Assembly: GCA_965217775.1 (NCBI GenBank)
Contig: CBDCJH010000002.1
Location: 4,960,001-5,024,000, forward strand
Direction of reading: 5' to 3'
Length of the DNA: 64,000 bases
From: Acidobacteriota bacterium
GTDB lineage: Bacteria; Acidobacteriota; UBA6911; RPQK01; JAJDTT01
Shown here piece after piece: positions 20,509 through 29,685 of the stretch. The position numbers were made by a program, and so were the translations under genes. How positions within the stretch are numbered: the stretch's first letter is position 1; each line of letters starts with the position of its first letter. The notes below the pieces were generated by a model. The model did not search any database. It was given only the letters and a program-made list of their open reading frames with translations, and was not told the origin of the DNA.

Positions 20509-21936
20509 CTATTTCCCGATGCAGAAAGAGCTGAAAATCTGGCCCAGCAGGTCTTCCACGGTCGTCTCGCCCGTCACCCCGCCCAGTTCGGCCAAGGCAC
20601 CCCGCAGATGGTACAGCGGAAATTCTTCGCTCAGACCGTCCCGGTAGGCATCCATTCCCGCGCCGAGCCTCTGCCGGGCACGCTGCAGACACCCCTTGTG
20701 CCGAACGTCGGTGATCACGACGCGTTCCCGCTCCCAGTCGCTGTCAGGAGCCACGGCCTCCCGGATCGCCCGCCTGAGGAGGTCCAGCCCCTGACCCGTC
20801 AAGGCCGAAACGTCGGACCTGCTTCGAGCGCCGGACTCCAATTCGGAAGGAATTCGAACGACGCCCTCCAGATCCACCTTGTTCACCACCAGCAGATAGG
20901 GCGTTTCCTCGAGCTCCGTCCAAATTCTGGCGTCCTCCGCGGAGAAGTCCCGGCTGCGATCGACCACGAACAGGGTCAGGTCCGACGCTCCGACGTAGTC
21001 CAATGATTTTCGGACACCCAGCCGCTCCACCGGGCTTCGCGCTCTTCGGATTCCAGCCGTATCCACCAGTTGCATCGGGATGCCCTCCAGGTCCACGGTC
21101 TGGTCGATGGCGTCTCTGGTAGTTCCGGGGACAGAGCTGACGATAGCCCTTTCATGTCTGCATAAAGCATTGAAAATACTAGACTTACCAGCATTTGGCC
21201 GGCCGGCGATCGTGGCTACGAAACCGTCCCTGAGAACCCGTCCGACACGAAAGGATTCCTCCAGCTCGCCGATGCGGCCGCTGATCCGCCGCAAGTCCCG
21301 TAGCAAATGGTCCCGGCTGTCGGGTTCCACGGGATCTTCGACGAATTCCAACCCCGTTTCCATGTGCGAGATGACCCGCACCAGGCGCTCCTGCACCGAG
21401 CGGAGTGCCCGGGACAACTTACCGTCCAACTGGTCCCGGGCGATGCGCGCCTGGTACGTGGTCTGGCTTCGGATCAGATCGCGGACCGCCTCTGCCTGGG
21501 CCAGATCCATCTTTCCGTTGAGAAACGCCCGCAGCGTAAACTCTCCCGGTTCAGCCAGGCGGGCGCCGGCTTCCAGGAGGCCATCCACGATCTGCGCCTC
21601 TACCGCGGGGCTTCCATGGCAGGAAATCTCCACCACGTCCTCCCCGGTGTAGGAGGCCGGTGCCGCGAAAAACGTCACCAGCACCTGGTCGATCCGATTC
21701 CCGTCTCGGTCCAGAAAGTCCGTCAAAGACGAATGCCGGGGTTTCCAAGGTCGGCGGAGGGAGGGGGGCAGCCGCCGGCCTACCAGACACCGGCTGGACG
21801 CACCGCTGACGCGAATCACCTTGATGGCTCCGCGCCCCGGGGGCGTGGCGGCCGCAACTATGGTTTCACTGTAGGGGTCTGTGGCGTCAGGGGGTTGCGT
21901 GGATGATGACGCGCCGATTGGCTCCCGTGCCTTCAC
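20509..21936 (-). CDS. mnmE: tRNA modification GTPase MnmE (start uncertain)
   Basis: TIVAAATPPGRG, SYTGED, GRPNAGKSS, GTTRD, DTAG, NKVD, C-terminal FCIGK. Confidence 0.96.
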   Translation of the reverse strand: MKAREPIGASSSTQPPDATDPYSETIVAAATPPGRGAIKVIRVSGASSRCLVGRRLPPSLRRPWKPRHSSLTDFLDRDGNRIDQVLVTFFAAPASYTGEDVVEISCHGSPAVEAQIVDGLLEAGARLAEPGEFTLRAFLNGKMDLAQAEAVRDLIRSQTTYQARIARDQLDGKLSRALRSVQERLVRVISHMETGLEFVEDPVEPDSRDHLLRDLRRISGRIGELEESFRVGRVLRDGFVATIAGRPNAGKSSIFNALCRHERAIVSSVPGTTRDAIDQTVDLEGIPMQLVDTAGIRRARSPVERLGVRKSLDYVGASDLTLFVVDRSRDFSAEDARIWTELEETPYLLVVNKVDLEGVVRIPSELESGARSRSDVSALTGQGLDLLRRAIREAVAPDSDWERERVVITDVRHKGCLQRARQRLGAGMDAYRDGLSEEFPLYHLRGALAELGGVTGETTVEDLLGQIFSSFCIGK

Positions 21937-22465
21937 TTTCAGTCCGAACTCCGGGCTCGTCGGCCAAGCTCAAATGAATGATTCTCCGCTCGGCCGCCGG
22001 CAGAGACTGGAACACGAACTCTCGGCCGGTGAGCCGCACCTGCTCCGCGCCCTTTCCCGCCAGCAGCCTCAACTCCCCGTCCCGATCGGTGCGGTAACCA
22101 TTGCAATCGACCCAAAAGTTACAGCCTGTCAGAGACTTGCGGTAGTAGATCTGGTTCAGAAGGTGATTCACCGCGTAGAGGAAACGGGCATTGTTGGCCA
22201 GGACCACCTCACTGTCATGTCCGCTGAGGCGAAAACCGATGATGTCGCCATCGAGACTTGATTCGAAGGAGAGGTCCAGGTCCAACTTCTCCAACAAGTT
22301 CGTCAGGAACATCTCCGAGCTGGCCAGAATCTCGCCATTGTCAACCTTTGGCTGAGCCTTCCACGGCCGTCCCGGTCCGCGACGCCCTCGAGGCCGGCGC
22401 CAGCGCTCCCGGCGACGCCCAGACTGGCCTCCGGACGGAGGTCTCCAGGGCCGGGACTCCATCAC
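21887..22465 (-). CDS. jag: Jag/KhpB (EloR)-like RNA-binding protein, KH + R3H, without Jag_N domain
   Basis: R3H motif ERRIIH, TESEGTG.NRRV; canonical position between yidC and mnmE. Confidence 0.8.
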   Translation of the reverse strand: MMESRPWRPPSGGQSGRRRERWRRPRGRRGPGRPWKAQPKVDNGEILASSEMFLTNLLEKLDLDLSFESSLDGDIIGFRLSGHDSEVVLANNARFLYAVNHLLNQIYYRKSLTGCNFWVDCNGYRTDRDGELRLLAGKGAEQVRLTGREFVFQSLPAAERRIIHLSLADEPGVRTESEGTGANRRVIIHATP

Positions 22466-24153
22466 TTCTTCCTGGTTTTCTTGGGGGAGGACTTACGCTT
22501 CGGCGCCAATTCAGGCTTCCATTTCTGCATCAAGACCTGAAACATCATAGCAAAGAGGTTGCTGAACAGAAAGTAGACCACCAAGCCGCTGGACAGGTTC
22601 AAGAAGAAGAACGTGAAGACCACCGGCAGCAGCATCATCATGCGCCTCTGCATCGGGTCCCCGGCAGCAGGCGTCATCTTCTGTTGGACCACCATGCTCG
22701 CTCCCATGACGATGGGAGTGATGTAGTACGGGTCATGCCTCGAGAGATCCTGTATCCAGCCCATGAACGGCGCGGCTCGCAATTCGATGGAGGAATCCAA
22801 CATGCGGTAAAAGGCGAAAAGGAAGGGCATCTGGATCACCAGCGGCAGACACCCGCCCAGAGGATTCACACCGTGCTGCTTGTACAGCCCCATCATTTCG
22901 GGGTTCATCTTCTGGCGTCTGGGGTCGGTCCGTTTCATCCTCTTGTACCGATCCTGGATGGAGCGGATCTTGGGTTGAAGCTCGGACATCTTCTTCATGG
23001 ACGCGATCTGCTTGTAGCGCAGGGGGAAAAGAGCCAGATTGATGAGGAAGGTGAGAATGATGATGGAGACGCCGTAATTGCCCACATAGGCATAGGTCAG
23101 CTTCAGGCAATAGAGCAGGGGCCTCACCAGAAGATCGAACCAGCCGTAGTCGACGATGTCGCTCAAAAAGGGGTCGGCAAGAGCCAGTTCCTCTTGATCC
23201 TTGGGCCCCAGAAACAAGCTGTACCGGGCCGTGCCCCTGAACTCGGCTTCTCCCAGCACCAGCGGCGCCTCGTCCGACTCGCCGCCAGCTCCACCCGGCC
23301 CCGAGACCGCCGACAGGCGCGCCGCGCGGATCTCGTCGGGCGCGATCACGACGCTGGCAAAATACTTGCTGTCGACCGCCACCCAGCGAGCAGACGTCTC
23401 GATCCGGTGGGCTCCCTCGGCCAGATCCGAAGCATCGTACTTTTCCATCGAGCCCGCCGCGTAGTAGGCAACGCCGGGCCACCAAAAATCCGTAGAAGTG
23501 CCTCCCTCCGGGTCCGCCCGTCCGATGCCCGGCCCCAGCAGGACCGAATAAGCGGCTGGTCTTCCGCCGAGCTCGACCCGCGTCCGGACCTCCAACAGAT
23601 GACCCGATTGAGGAATGGTGATCTCCTCTTCAACCAGCAGACCCTGGTTCCGATAACTGAACGCAATCTGCGCAGGCGCCTGCACCGTGCCGGCCGCCCC
23701 TCCCGTGACCTCGAACGGCGAGGTGGCCAGTTCCCGGTCCAACTCTTCATCGTCCAGGCGCAGTTGCATGGGTCTGGGAAGGGTCTCGGAGAGGCCCTGC
23801 ACCAACAGTTCCACCGGTTCGCCGGACTCATCCGCGTATCGTTTGAGGCGCACGCTCTCCAAGCGGGCACCGGTGCTGCTCCAAGTCAGCACCATATCGT
23901 CGTTCTCGACCTGAATCTTGCGATCCCGCCCCCGGGTTGGGCTCAAGGGCTCGCTGCTTCCGCGACTCGCTTGGGAAATGCGCTCCTGGTAGGGCTCGGA
24001 TTCGACGCGTTTTTCCTCGACCCGCGGCTCCTCAGGAGTCTCCACGGCCACCGGAGCCGGGGTTGGCCCAAGCCACTGGTAAAGGAAGGGAATCAACAGC
24101 AGAACGGCCATGGAAAGAAGCATCGCCATAAGGAGGCGCTTTTCCATGTCCAT
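22462..24153 (-). CDS. yidC: Membrane protein insertase YidC
   Basis: EKRLL N-terminal TM, DYGWF, GNYGVSII, GVNPLGGCLP..QMP, DPYYI. Confidence 0.96.
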   Translation of the reverse strand: MDMEKRLLMAMLLSMAVLLLIPFLYQWLGPTPAPVAVETPEEPRVEEKRVESEPYQERISQASRGSSEPLSPTRGRDRKIQVENDDMVLTWSSTGARLESVRLKRYADESGEPVELLVQGLSETLPRPMQLRLDDEELDRELATSPFEVTGGAAGTVQAPAQIAFSYRNQGLLVEEEITIPQSGHLLEVRTRVELGGRPAAYSVLLGPGIGRADPEGGTSTDFWWPGVAYYAAGSMEKYDASDLAEGAHRIETSARWVAVDSKYFASVVIAPDEIRAARLSAVSGPGGAGGESDEAPLVLGEAEFRGTARYSLFLGPKDQEELALADPFLSDIVDYGWFDLLVRPLLYCLKLTYAYVGNYGVSIIILTFLINLALFPLRYKQIASMKKMSELQPKIRSIQDRYKRMKRTDPRRQKMNPEMMGLYKQHGVNPLGGCLPLVIQMPFLFAFYRMLDSSIELRAAPFMGWIQDLSRHDPYYITPIVMGASMVVQQKMTPAAGDPMQRRMMMLLPVVFTFFFLNLSSGLVVYFLFSNLFAMMFQVLMQKWKPELAPKRKSSPKKTRKK

Positions 24154-24227
24154 CTGTTCCGGTCCTTGACCACCCAGCATCGTCTACTACAATCCACGAA
24201 TCGCGGCTCTCGCGACCAGATCTCCCG

Positions 24228-24391
24228 CCCGCATTTCTCGCCAGGGGGCGCGATGGCCGCGCAGGATTTTCGCCCTCAGCGAGGGCGTGCCCAGGACAGT
24301 CGGTCCCCGAGAGATCTTGGCAATAGTCGCGTAAATGCTTAACAACATACTCTTTTCAGAATAAGCATAGCGGCTTGGTGTGAAATGCGGG
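24228..24391. mobile_element. MITE family C, copy 2 (with inserted hairpin)
   Basis: CCCGCATTTCTCGCC...GGTGTGAAATGCGGG; internal similarity to the 2194 copy (inverted); abuts the yidD stop codon; no clean target duplication. Confidence 0.75.
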
Positions 24392-24601
24392 CTACGGAAG
24401 AGGATCGAACCCTCCGGCATGCCAAGGGTGACAACAGGCCACTCGCCTGAGCCCGAGCAGGATTCCCCTGAGCACTCCCTTTTTCTGAATCGCTTGGCGC
24501 ATGTACTCCGAACAGGAGGGGTGAAACCGACAGGACGGGGGTAACAAAGGAGACACGAACTTCTGATACGAACGCAGACACCCGGTCAGGAACCGTCTCA
24601 C
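24392..24601 (-). CDS. yidD: Membrane protein insertion efficiency factor
   Basis: YQKFVSP..CRFHPSCSEY..CHPW..GGFDP. Confidence 0.92.
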   Translation of the reverse strand: MRRFLTGCLRSYQKFVSPLLPPSCRFHPSCSEYMRQAIQKKGVLRGILLGLRRVACCHPWHAGGFDPLP

Positions 24602-24957
24602 GACCCCTGCATCCTTCTCTTCCAGCGTGAAACCACTCGAAGAAACTCTCCTTGAAGTTCCTGGAACGTTGCCACCGCGGCGCAACGCCGAACGTTGACC
24701 ACTACATCGGAGCAGGGAAGGATCCCCTGCTTGTTCCTGCGGAAGCCTTCCCGCAGGCGCCGCCGGATGCGGTTCCTCACGACCGGCCGTCCCATCTTCC
24801 GCGACGCGGCGATCCCCAACCGGCTGAACTGCCGCCCGTTCTCCCGGAAGTAGAGGACGAAGTAGGGCGTGAAGACCTTGTACCCTTCCCGGTAAACGGC
24901 CAGAAATTCTTTCCGCGTGTGCAGGCGCTCTTCCCAGGAGAAACCGAACTGTTTCAC
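24598..24957 (-). CDS. rnpA: Ribonuclease P protein component
   Basis: [12 protein letters not shown] motif [12 protein letters not shown]; follows rpmH. Confidence 0.92.
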   Translation of the reverse strand: MKQFGFSWEERLHTRKEFLAVYREGYKVFTPYFVLYFRENGRQFSRLGIAASRKMGRPVVRNRIRRRLREGFRRNKQGILPCSDVVVNVRRCAAVATFQELQGEFLRVVSRWKRRMQGS

Positions 24958-25094
24958 CCGCTCACCGAAAGCATCGTCCGCTTTTTGGCTCGCCTCCGCC
25001 TCAGAATCGCCCGCCCCGCCGGCGACGCCATGCGCGCCCGGAACCCATGATTCTTTTTTCGGCGGCGATTATTCGGTTGAAAAGTTCGCTTCAT
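24954..25094 (-). CDS. rpmH: 50S ribosomal protein L34
   Basis: [22 protein letters not shown]. Confidence 0.97.
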   Translation of the reverse strand: MKRTFQPNNRRRKKNHGFRARMASPAGRAILRRRRAKKRTMLSVSG

Positions 25095-25210
25095 CTCCGT
25101 CTCCGCCCGTATTGAAAGGAACCAGATGCTATCAATTTCGGGTGCCGGGTTCAACTCGCCCCGCCACCTCCCGGCTCACATCTCTCCCCTCATGTCAGCT
25201 ACGGGCACGG

Positions 25211-26080
25211 CTACATTCCCTTCTTTTCATGAGTCGCATCCCTGCGGTAACAACCCAGCACGGTCAGGAACTCCGTCAATTCACCGAGGTGGCTCAACGC
25301 GTTGCGCACCCGCGTCTCACCGGTATTCCCGAGAAAGTCGAGGTAGAACAGGTACTCCCAGGGACGGCCGTGGATGGGGCGGGATTCGATCTTCGTGAGG
25401 TCGAGGTCCCTCAGCGCGAAGACGCTCAGACACTTGAAGAGCGCTCCTGCGGCGTTCTTGAAACTGAAGACGATGGAGGTCTTGTCCGCGCCTTCCGGTA
25501 CCGGGGATTTGCTCGAGAGCAGAAAGAAACGGGTGAAATTCTCCTCTCTGTCCTCGATCCGCTCCATCAGGACTTTCGCGCCATAAAATCGGGCGGCATT
25601 CTTGCTGGCGATGGCGGCATGGTCCCAGAGGCCTTCTTCTACGATTTCTTTGACGCTTCCGGAAGTATCGTAGCCGGTTTCCCGCACCAAGTGCGGATGC
25701 CGCCTGAAGAACAGCTCGCACTGATCCAGCGCCACCGGATGAGAACGGACCGTTTTCACGTCCTCGAAGGCACCTCCGGCCAGCGTGATCAGGCTGTGCT
25801 CAACGGGCAGATTCGTCTCCTGTCGAATTCTCAATCCGTGACGAACCAGAAGATCGTAGTTCCGGTGAATCGATCCGGCCAGAGAATTCTCGATGGGGAT
25901 GACAGAAGAGCCGCATTCTCCCTGGGACGTGCGCAGAAAGACCTCGTCAAACGTCCGGCAACAGAGAAACTCCAGCGGCCCCGGGACCATCCGGATGGCC
26001 GCCTGCTCGCTGAACGATCCGCGTTCTCCCTGAATGGCGACTCGGGTCGCCTTTCCCCTATCCTGCAGATCCGCGTCCAA
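25211..26080 (-). CDS. pheA: Prephenate dehydratase (PDT + ACT)
   Basis: VAIQGERGSFSE, PIENS, SHPVALDQC, NFTRF, LTKIESRP; TTG start 7 nt after GGAGG (the longer ORF runs into selC). Confidence 0.92.
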   Translation of the reverse strand: MDADLQDRGKATRVAIQGERGSFSEQAAIRMVPGPLEFLCCRTFDEVFLRTSQGECGSSVIPIENSLAGSIHRNYDLLVRHGLRIRQETNLPVEHSLITLAGGAFEDVKTVRSHPVALDQCELFFRRHPHLVRETGYDTSGSVKEIVEEGLWDHAAIASKNAARFYGAKVLMERIEDREENFTRFFLLSSKSPVPEGADKTSIVFSFKNAAGALFKCLSVFALRDLDLTKIESRPIHGRPWEYLFYLDFLGNTGETRVRNALSHLGELTEFLTVLGCYRRDATHEKKGM

Positions 26081-26131
26081 CCGGAACCTCCATTTCTGCT
26101 CTCGTCCACCGACTATCCCAGAGCCATCCGG

Positions 26132-26227
26132 CGGAGGCACATGGGAATCGAACCCACCGGCCCCGGCTCTCGCCGCGGCCCGACTGATTTTGAAGACCAG
26201 GCCCGTCACCAGACGAGAAGTGCCTCC
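26132..26227 (-). tRNA. selC: tRNA-Sec (anticodon TCA)
   Basis: 8-bp acceptor stem GGAGGCAC/GTGCCTCC, 6-bp D stem with TGGT loop, anticodon loop CTTCAAA, long variable arm, 5-bp T stem with TTCGATT, G discriminator; CCA not fully encoded (CCG follows). Confidence 0.93.
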
Positions 26228-26241
26228 GTGCCGTCATTTTA

Positions 26242-26381
26242 CCCGCATTTCTCGCCGGGGAGCGTAACGATCGCGCGCCCAGCGCAGTCTGTGCACCGGA
26301 ATAATTCCACAGAAAACGTGTAAATACCCGAAGCTTCTATCCTTTTCGTCAAATTCTCAGCGACCCGGCGAGAAATGCGGG
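26242..26381. mobile_element. MITE family C, copy 3
   Basis: Perfect 18-bp TIR CCCGCATTTCTCGCCGGG / CCCGGCGAGAAATGCGGG; TTTA duplicated on both sides. Confidence 0.85.
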
Positions 26382-26438
26382 TTTAGCATTCAAAATGCTC
26401 TTTTCCGGCCGGCCGCCGGCTGCTACCATCACGCTGGA

Positions 26439-27605
26439 ATGGCCAAGACGCGGGAACGGCGCCGGCCGAAGTCCATGCAATCACTCTGCCGCAGCGCCGC
26501 ACGCTTACGCGACCAAGTCAAGGGCCGGACCATCAGTTTTTCTCCCAAAGTCTTCATTCCCCTGACCCGCCTCTGCCGCGACCGTTGCGGCTACTGTGCC
26601 TTCCGGCAGGATCCCAATGATGAGTTCCCACCCTACATGACCCCGGCCCAGGTTCTCACCGTCGTTCGGCGGGGAGAAGAACTGGGCTGCCGCGAGGCCC
26701 TTTTCGTTTTGGGCGATCGCCCTGAGCGCAGCTACCCGCGAGCGCGCCGCTGGCTGCGTCAGCACGGATACGACAGCACCATCGAGTATCTCTACGACAT
26801 GTGTTCTCTGGTTCTGGAGGAGACCCGCCTCTTCCCGCACAGCAATCCCGGCATCCTCACTCGGCGCGAGTTGGCGGCCCTGAAGCAGGTCAACGTCTCC
26901 ATGGGCCTGATGCTGGAAAGCACGAGCCGTCGACTCTCCGAACCGGGAGGGCCGCATTATCGGAATCCAACCAAGGATCCCCGGCTTCGCCTCCGAGTGC
27001 TTCAGGACGCCGGCGAGCTGAAGATCCCTTTTACAACCGGCCTCCTCGTCGGAATCGGGGAAACCTTCCGGGAACGGATCGATTCCCTTCACCAGCTCCG
27101 GCGTCTCCAGAGCCGATACGGCCACCTGCAGGAGTTCATCATCCAGAACTTCGTCCCCAAGCCGGGAACTCCCATGGAGGCAGTGCCGGGTGCAACCGGC
27201 CGGCAGATGATGGAAACCATCTCACACGCCCGTCTGATCCTGGGCGGCTCAGCCAACCTGCAGGCGCCCCCCAATCTCTCGGCCCACAACCTTCGCTATC
27301 TGAATTACCTGGATGCCGGAATCAACGACTGGGGCGGCATTTCTCCGCTGACCGTCGACTTCGTGAATCCGGAGGCGCCCTGGCCCCGATTTTCCGACCT
27401 GGCCCGCCAGACCGAATCGCGGGGCTTCCGGCTCAAAGCCCGCTATCCCGTCTATCCCGAATACATTCGAGGCCCTGCTTCATTCCTGCCCTCATCTCTG
27501 CGCTCCCGATTGCGATCCGAGGCGGACCCGGACGGGTATTTGCCGGTCGTCTTCTCCCGGGCGCATACCCCAGTTTCAGTCGGGGAGGTCACCGGTGCCA
27601 ACTGA
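26439..27605 (+). CDS. cofG: FO synthase subunit CofG (radical SAM)
   Basis: KVFIPLTRLCRDRCGYC, PHSNPG, SMGLMLE, FTTGLLVGIGET, GINDWGGISP. Confidence 0.93.
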   Translation: MAKTRERRRPKSMQSLCRSAARLRDQVKGRTISFSPKVFIPLTRLCRDRCGYCAFRQDPNDEFPPYMTPAQVLTVVRRGEELGCREALFVLGDRPERSYPRARRWLRQHGYDSTIEYLYDMCSLVLEETRLFPHSNPGILTRRELAALKQVNVSMGLMLESTSRRLSEPGGPHYRNPTKDPRLRLRVLQDAGELKIPFTTGLLVGIGETFRERIDSLHQLRRLQSRYGHLQEFIIQNFVPKPGTPMEAVPGATGRQMMETISHARLILGGSANLQAPPNLSAHNLRYLNYLDAGINDWGGISPLTVDFVNPEAPWPRFSDLARQTESRGFRLKARYPVYPEYIRGPASFLPSSLRSRLRSEADPDGYLPVVFSRAHTPVSVGEVTGAN

Positions 27606-28878
27606 TCCGGAGCGGGCGCTGAGCGGCGTTCGAATCGACGTCGCCCGTATCTTGGGCAACTCCCTGGAGGGGCGCGATCTGGCGGTTCCCGACATGGTCC
27701 GGCTGTTGGAGTGCCAGGGACCCGAGTTTCTCGCCCTGCTGCAAGCCGCCGACTCTCTGAGGCGCCGTTCCGTCGGCGATCAGGTGACCTATGTGGTCAA
27801 CCGAAACATCAATTTCACGAACGTTTGCGCCAAGAAATGCAGCTTTTGCGCCTTTAGCCGAACCTACCGCAGCGACGAAGGCTATTTGCTGCCCGTGTCT
27901 GAAATCGTTCGCCGGGCCCGGGAGGCGCGGCAATTCGGCGCGACGGAGGTCTGCATCCAGGCCGGCCTGCCTCCTGCCATGCCGGGAGACCTCTACATTC
28001 GAATCTGCCAAGCCGTGACCGACGCTCTTCCGGGCCTGCACGTCCACGCCTTTTCGCCGGAGGAGATCCTTTACGGCTCCCAGCGTTCCGGGATAGGGGT
28101 TCGAGATTACCTGGCGGAACTCCTCGACGCGGGAATCGGCAGCCTGCCCGGCACATCGGCCGAAATCCTGGACGACGATCTCCGCAACCTGATCTCGCCC
28201 GGACGCATCAGCAGCGGGGAATGGACCCGAATCATCTCGACGGCCCACTCCCTGGGCATCCGGACCTCCTCCACCATGATGTTCGGTCACCTCGAAACAC
28301 CGGTGCACATCGCAAGGCACCTGGCACACCTGAGAACCATCCAGCGCCAGACCGGCGGCTTCACCGAGTTCGTTCCCTTGGGCTTCGTCCATACCGAGAC
28401 ACCCCTGTTCCAGAGCCAGCGGCTGCCGAATCTCCGGCCCGGGCCCACGGGTTGGGAGGTTCTGAAGGTTCACGCCGTCTCCCGGCTGGCCCTGGACAAG
28501 GATATCCCCAACCTTCAGGTCTCCTGGGTCAAGGAAGGGATGAAGCTGGCTCAACTCTGCCTGGCAGCGGGTGGAAACGACCTGGGGGGCACGCTGATCA
28601 ACGAGAGTATCTCCACCGCCGCCGGGGCCGGCCACGGACAATTGGTGACCCCGGAAGAGCTGCATCGCCTGATTCGCGATGCGGGCAGAGTCCCGGCGGA
28701 ACGGAACACGCTCTACGGGACCCTGCGCGCCTTCACCGGCAGCGACGAAGACGGGACTCACCCTCTGGACTCCCTGCGGCCCGGCGACCGGAACCGTTTC
28801 GGCTCCTACGCCCAGTTGACCGGGTCGCGGCGGTTTCGCTTCAATCCGGGCGCAGCCCGGAGACATTCCCCGGATTGA
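27595..28878 (+). CDS. cofH: FO synthase subunit CofH (radical SAM)
   Basis: VTYVVNRNINFTNVC..CSFC, GATEVCIQ, PGTSAEIL, TEFVPL, QVSWVK, NDLGGTL.NESI. Confidence 0.93.
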   Translation: MPTDPERALSGVRIDVARILGNSLEGRDLAVPDMVRLLECQGPEFLALLQAADSLRRRSVGDQVTYVVNRNINFTNVCAKKCSFCAFSRTYRSDEGYLLPVSEIVRRAREARQFGATEVCIQAGLPPAMPGDLYIRICQAVTDALPGLHVHAFSPEEILYGSQRSGIGVRDYLAELLDAGIGSLPGTSAEILDDDLRNLISPGRISSGEWTRIISTAHSLGIRTSSTMMFGHLETPVHIARHLAHLRTIQRQTGGFTEFVPLGFVHTETPLFQSQRLPNLRPGPTGWEVLKVHAVSRLALDKDIPNLQVSWVKEGMKLAQLCLAAGGNDLGGTLINESISTAAGAGHGQLVTPEELHRLIRDAGRVPAERNTLYGTLRAFTGSDEDGTHPLDSLRPGDRNRFGSYAQLTGSRRFRFNPGAARRHSPD

Positions 28879-28929
28879 CTGCCAAGCCGATTCACCGGAT
28901 GCAGCCTGTCTGATGTAAAAGAGGCTCGG

Positions 28930-29685
28930 CTAACGAAACAGGTCCCGCTCCGGAGGCCGCACCAGGTTCGACCCGGCGCCAAGACCTTCTTCCAGCCGCA
29001 CACCCCGGACCAAGGCCACCGGCACCCGGCGCCGCTTTCCCATCACCAGTTCCGCCGCGGAGGCGATTTCGTCGGCACGCGCGATGCAGGTGGACTGAAG
29101 CGTTCGGCCGAACCCGTCCTTGCTTCCCCGATAGTCCGACAGCGGCATTCCTCCGGCCACGCCGATGGCCACGTTCACCTGCCCCTCGCGCCAGGGGCGG
29201 CCGAAAGTATCGGCGATGATCACTGCCAGGTCCACCCCCATCGTCTCAGTCAGACACGCCCTGATGCCGGCCGCGGAGCGGTCCGGGTGCTCCGGAAGCA
29301 AGGTGGCCATCCCCTCCGGACTGTTGGAGAGATCGACGCCGGCATTGGCGCACACGAACCCGTGCCTGGTTTCAGCCAGCAGCACGCCGCGATCCATTCT
29401 CACGATCCTCCGGCTCTCGGAGAGGGCCAATTCGACCACCCTGGGATCCCGGCCCCATTCACGCGCCCAGGAGTTGGCCAGCGGCGACGGGGTGACCGTC
29501 GCCAGAGGAACAGTCCGCCCCTCCGCCTTGGAAACGATCTTGTGGGCCAGCACCAGAATATCCCCTCGGCGGACCTGGACAGGGATCCTCCTCAGCGCCT
29601 CCAGCAGCAGCGGGCCCAGAGCGTCCCCCGGTTTCACTTCGGGGAGTCCCGGGATGCCCAGGATGTGAACGCCGGTGTCACTCAT
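28930..29685 (-). CDS. cofE: Coenzyme F420-0:L-glutamate ligase (single domain)
   Basis: KIVSKAEG, ANAGVDLSN, DTFGRPWREG, DEIASAAELV, RDLFR; no C-terminal nitroreductase domain. Confidence 0.93.
   Translation of the reverse strand: MSDTGVHILGIPGLPEVKPGDALGPLLLEALRRIPVQVRRGDILVLAHKIVSKAEGRTVPLATVTPSPLANSWAREWGRDPRVVELALSESRRIVRMDRGVLLAETRHGFVCANAGVDLSNSPEGMATLLPEHPDRSAAGIRACLTETMGVDLAVIIADTFGRPWREGQVNVAIGVAGGMPLSDYRGSKDGFGRTLQSTCIARADEIASAAELVMGKRRRVPVALVRGVRLEEGLGAGSNLVRPPERDLFR

Noticed and set aside
24187-24420. Short ORFs spanning MITEs (also 13665-13949, 18415-18612, 4219-4521, 47790-48059)
   Set aside because: They are reading frames through non-coding repeats with no coding signature
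26081-26209. N-terminal extension of the pheA ORF
   Set aside because: It overlaps tRNA-Sec; a TTG with a good RBS at 26080 gives a normal-length enzyme
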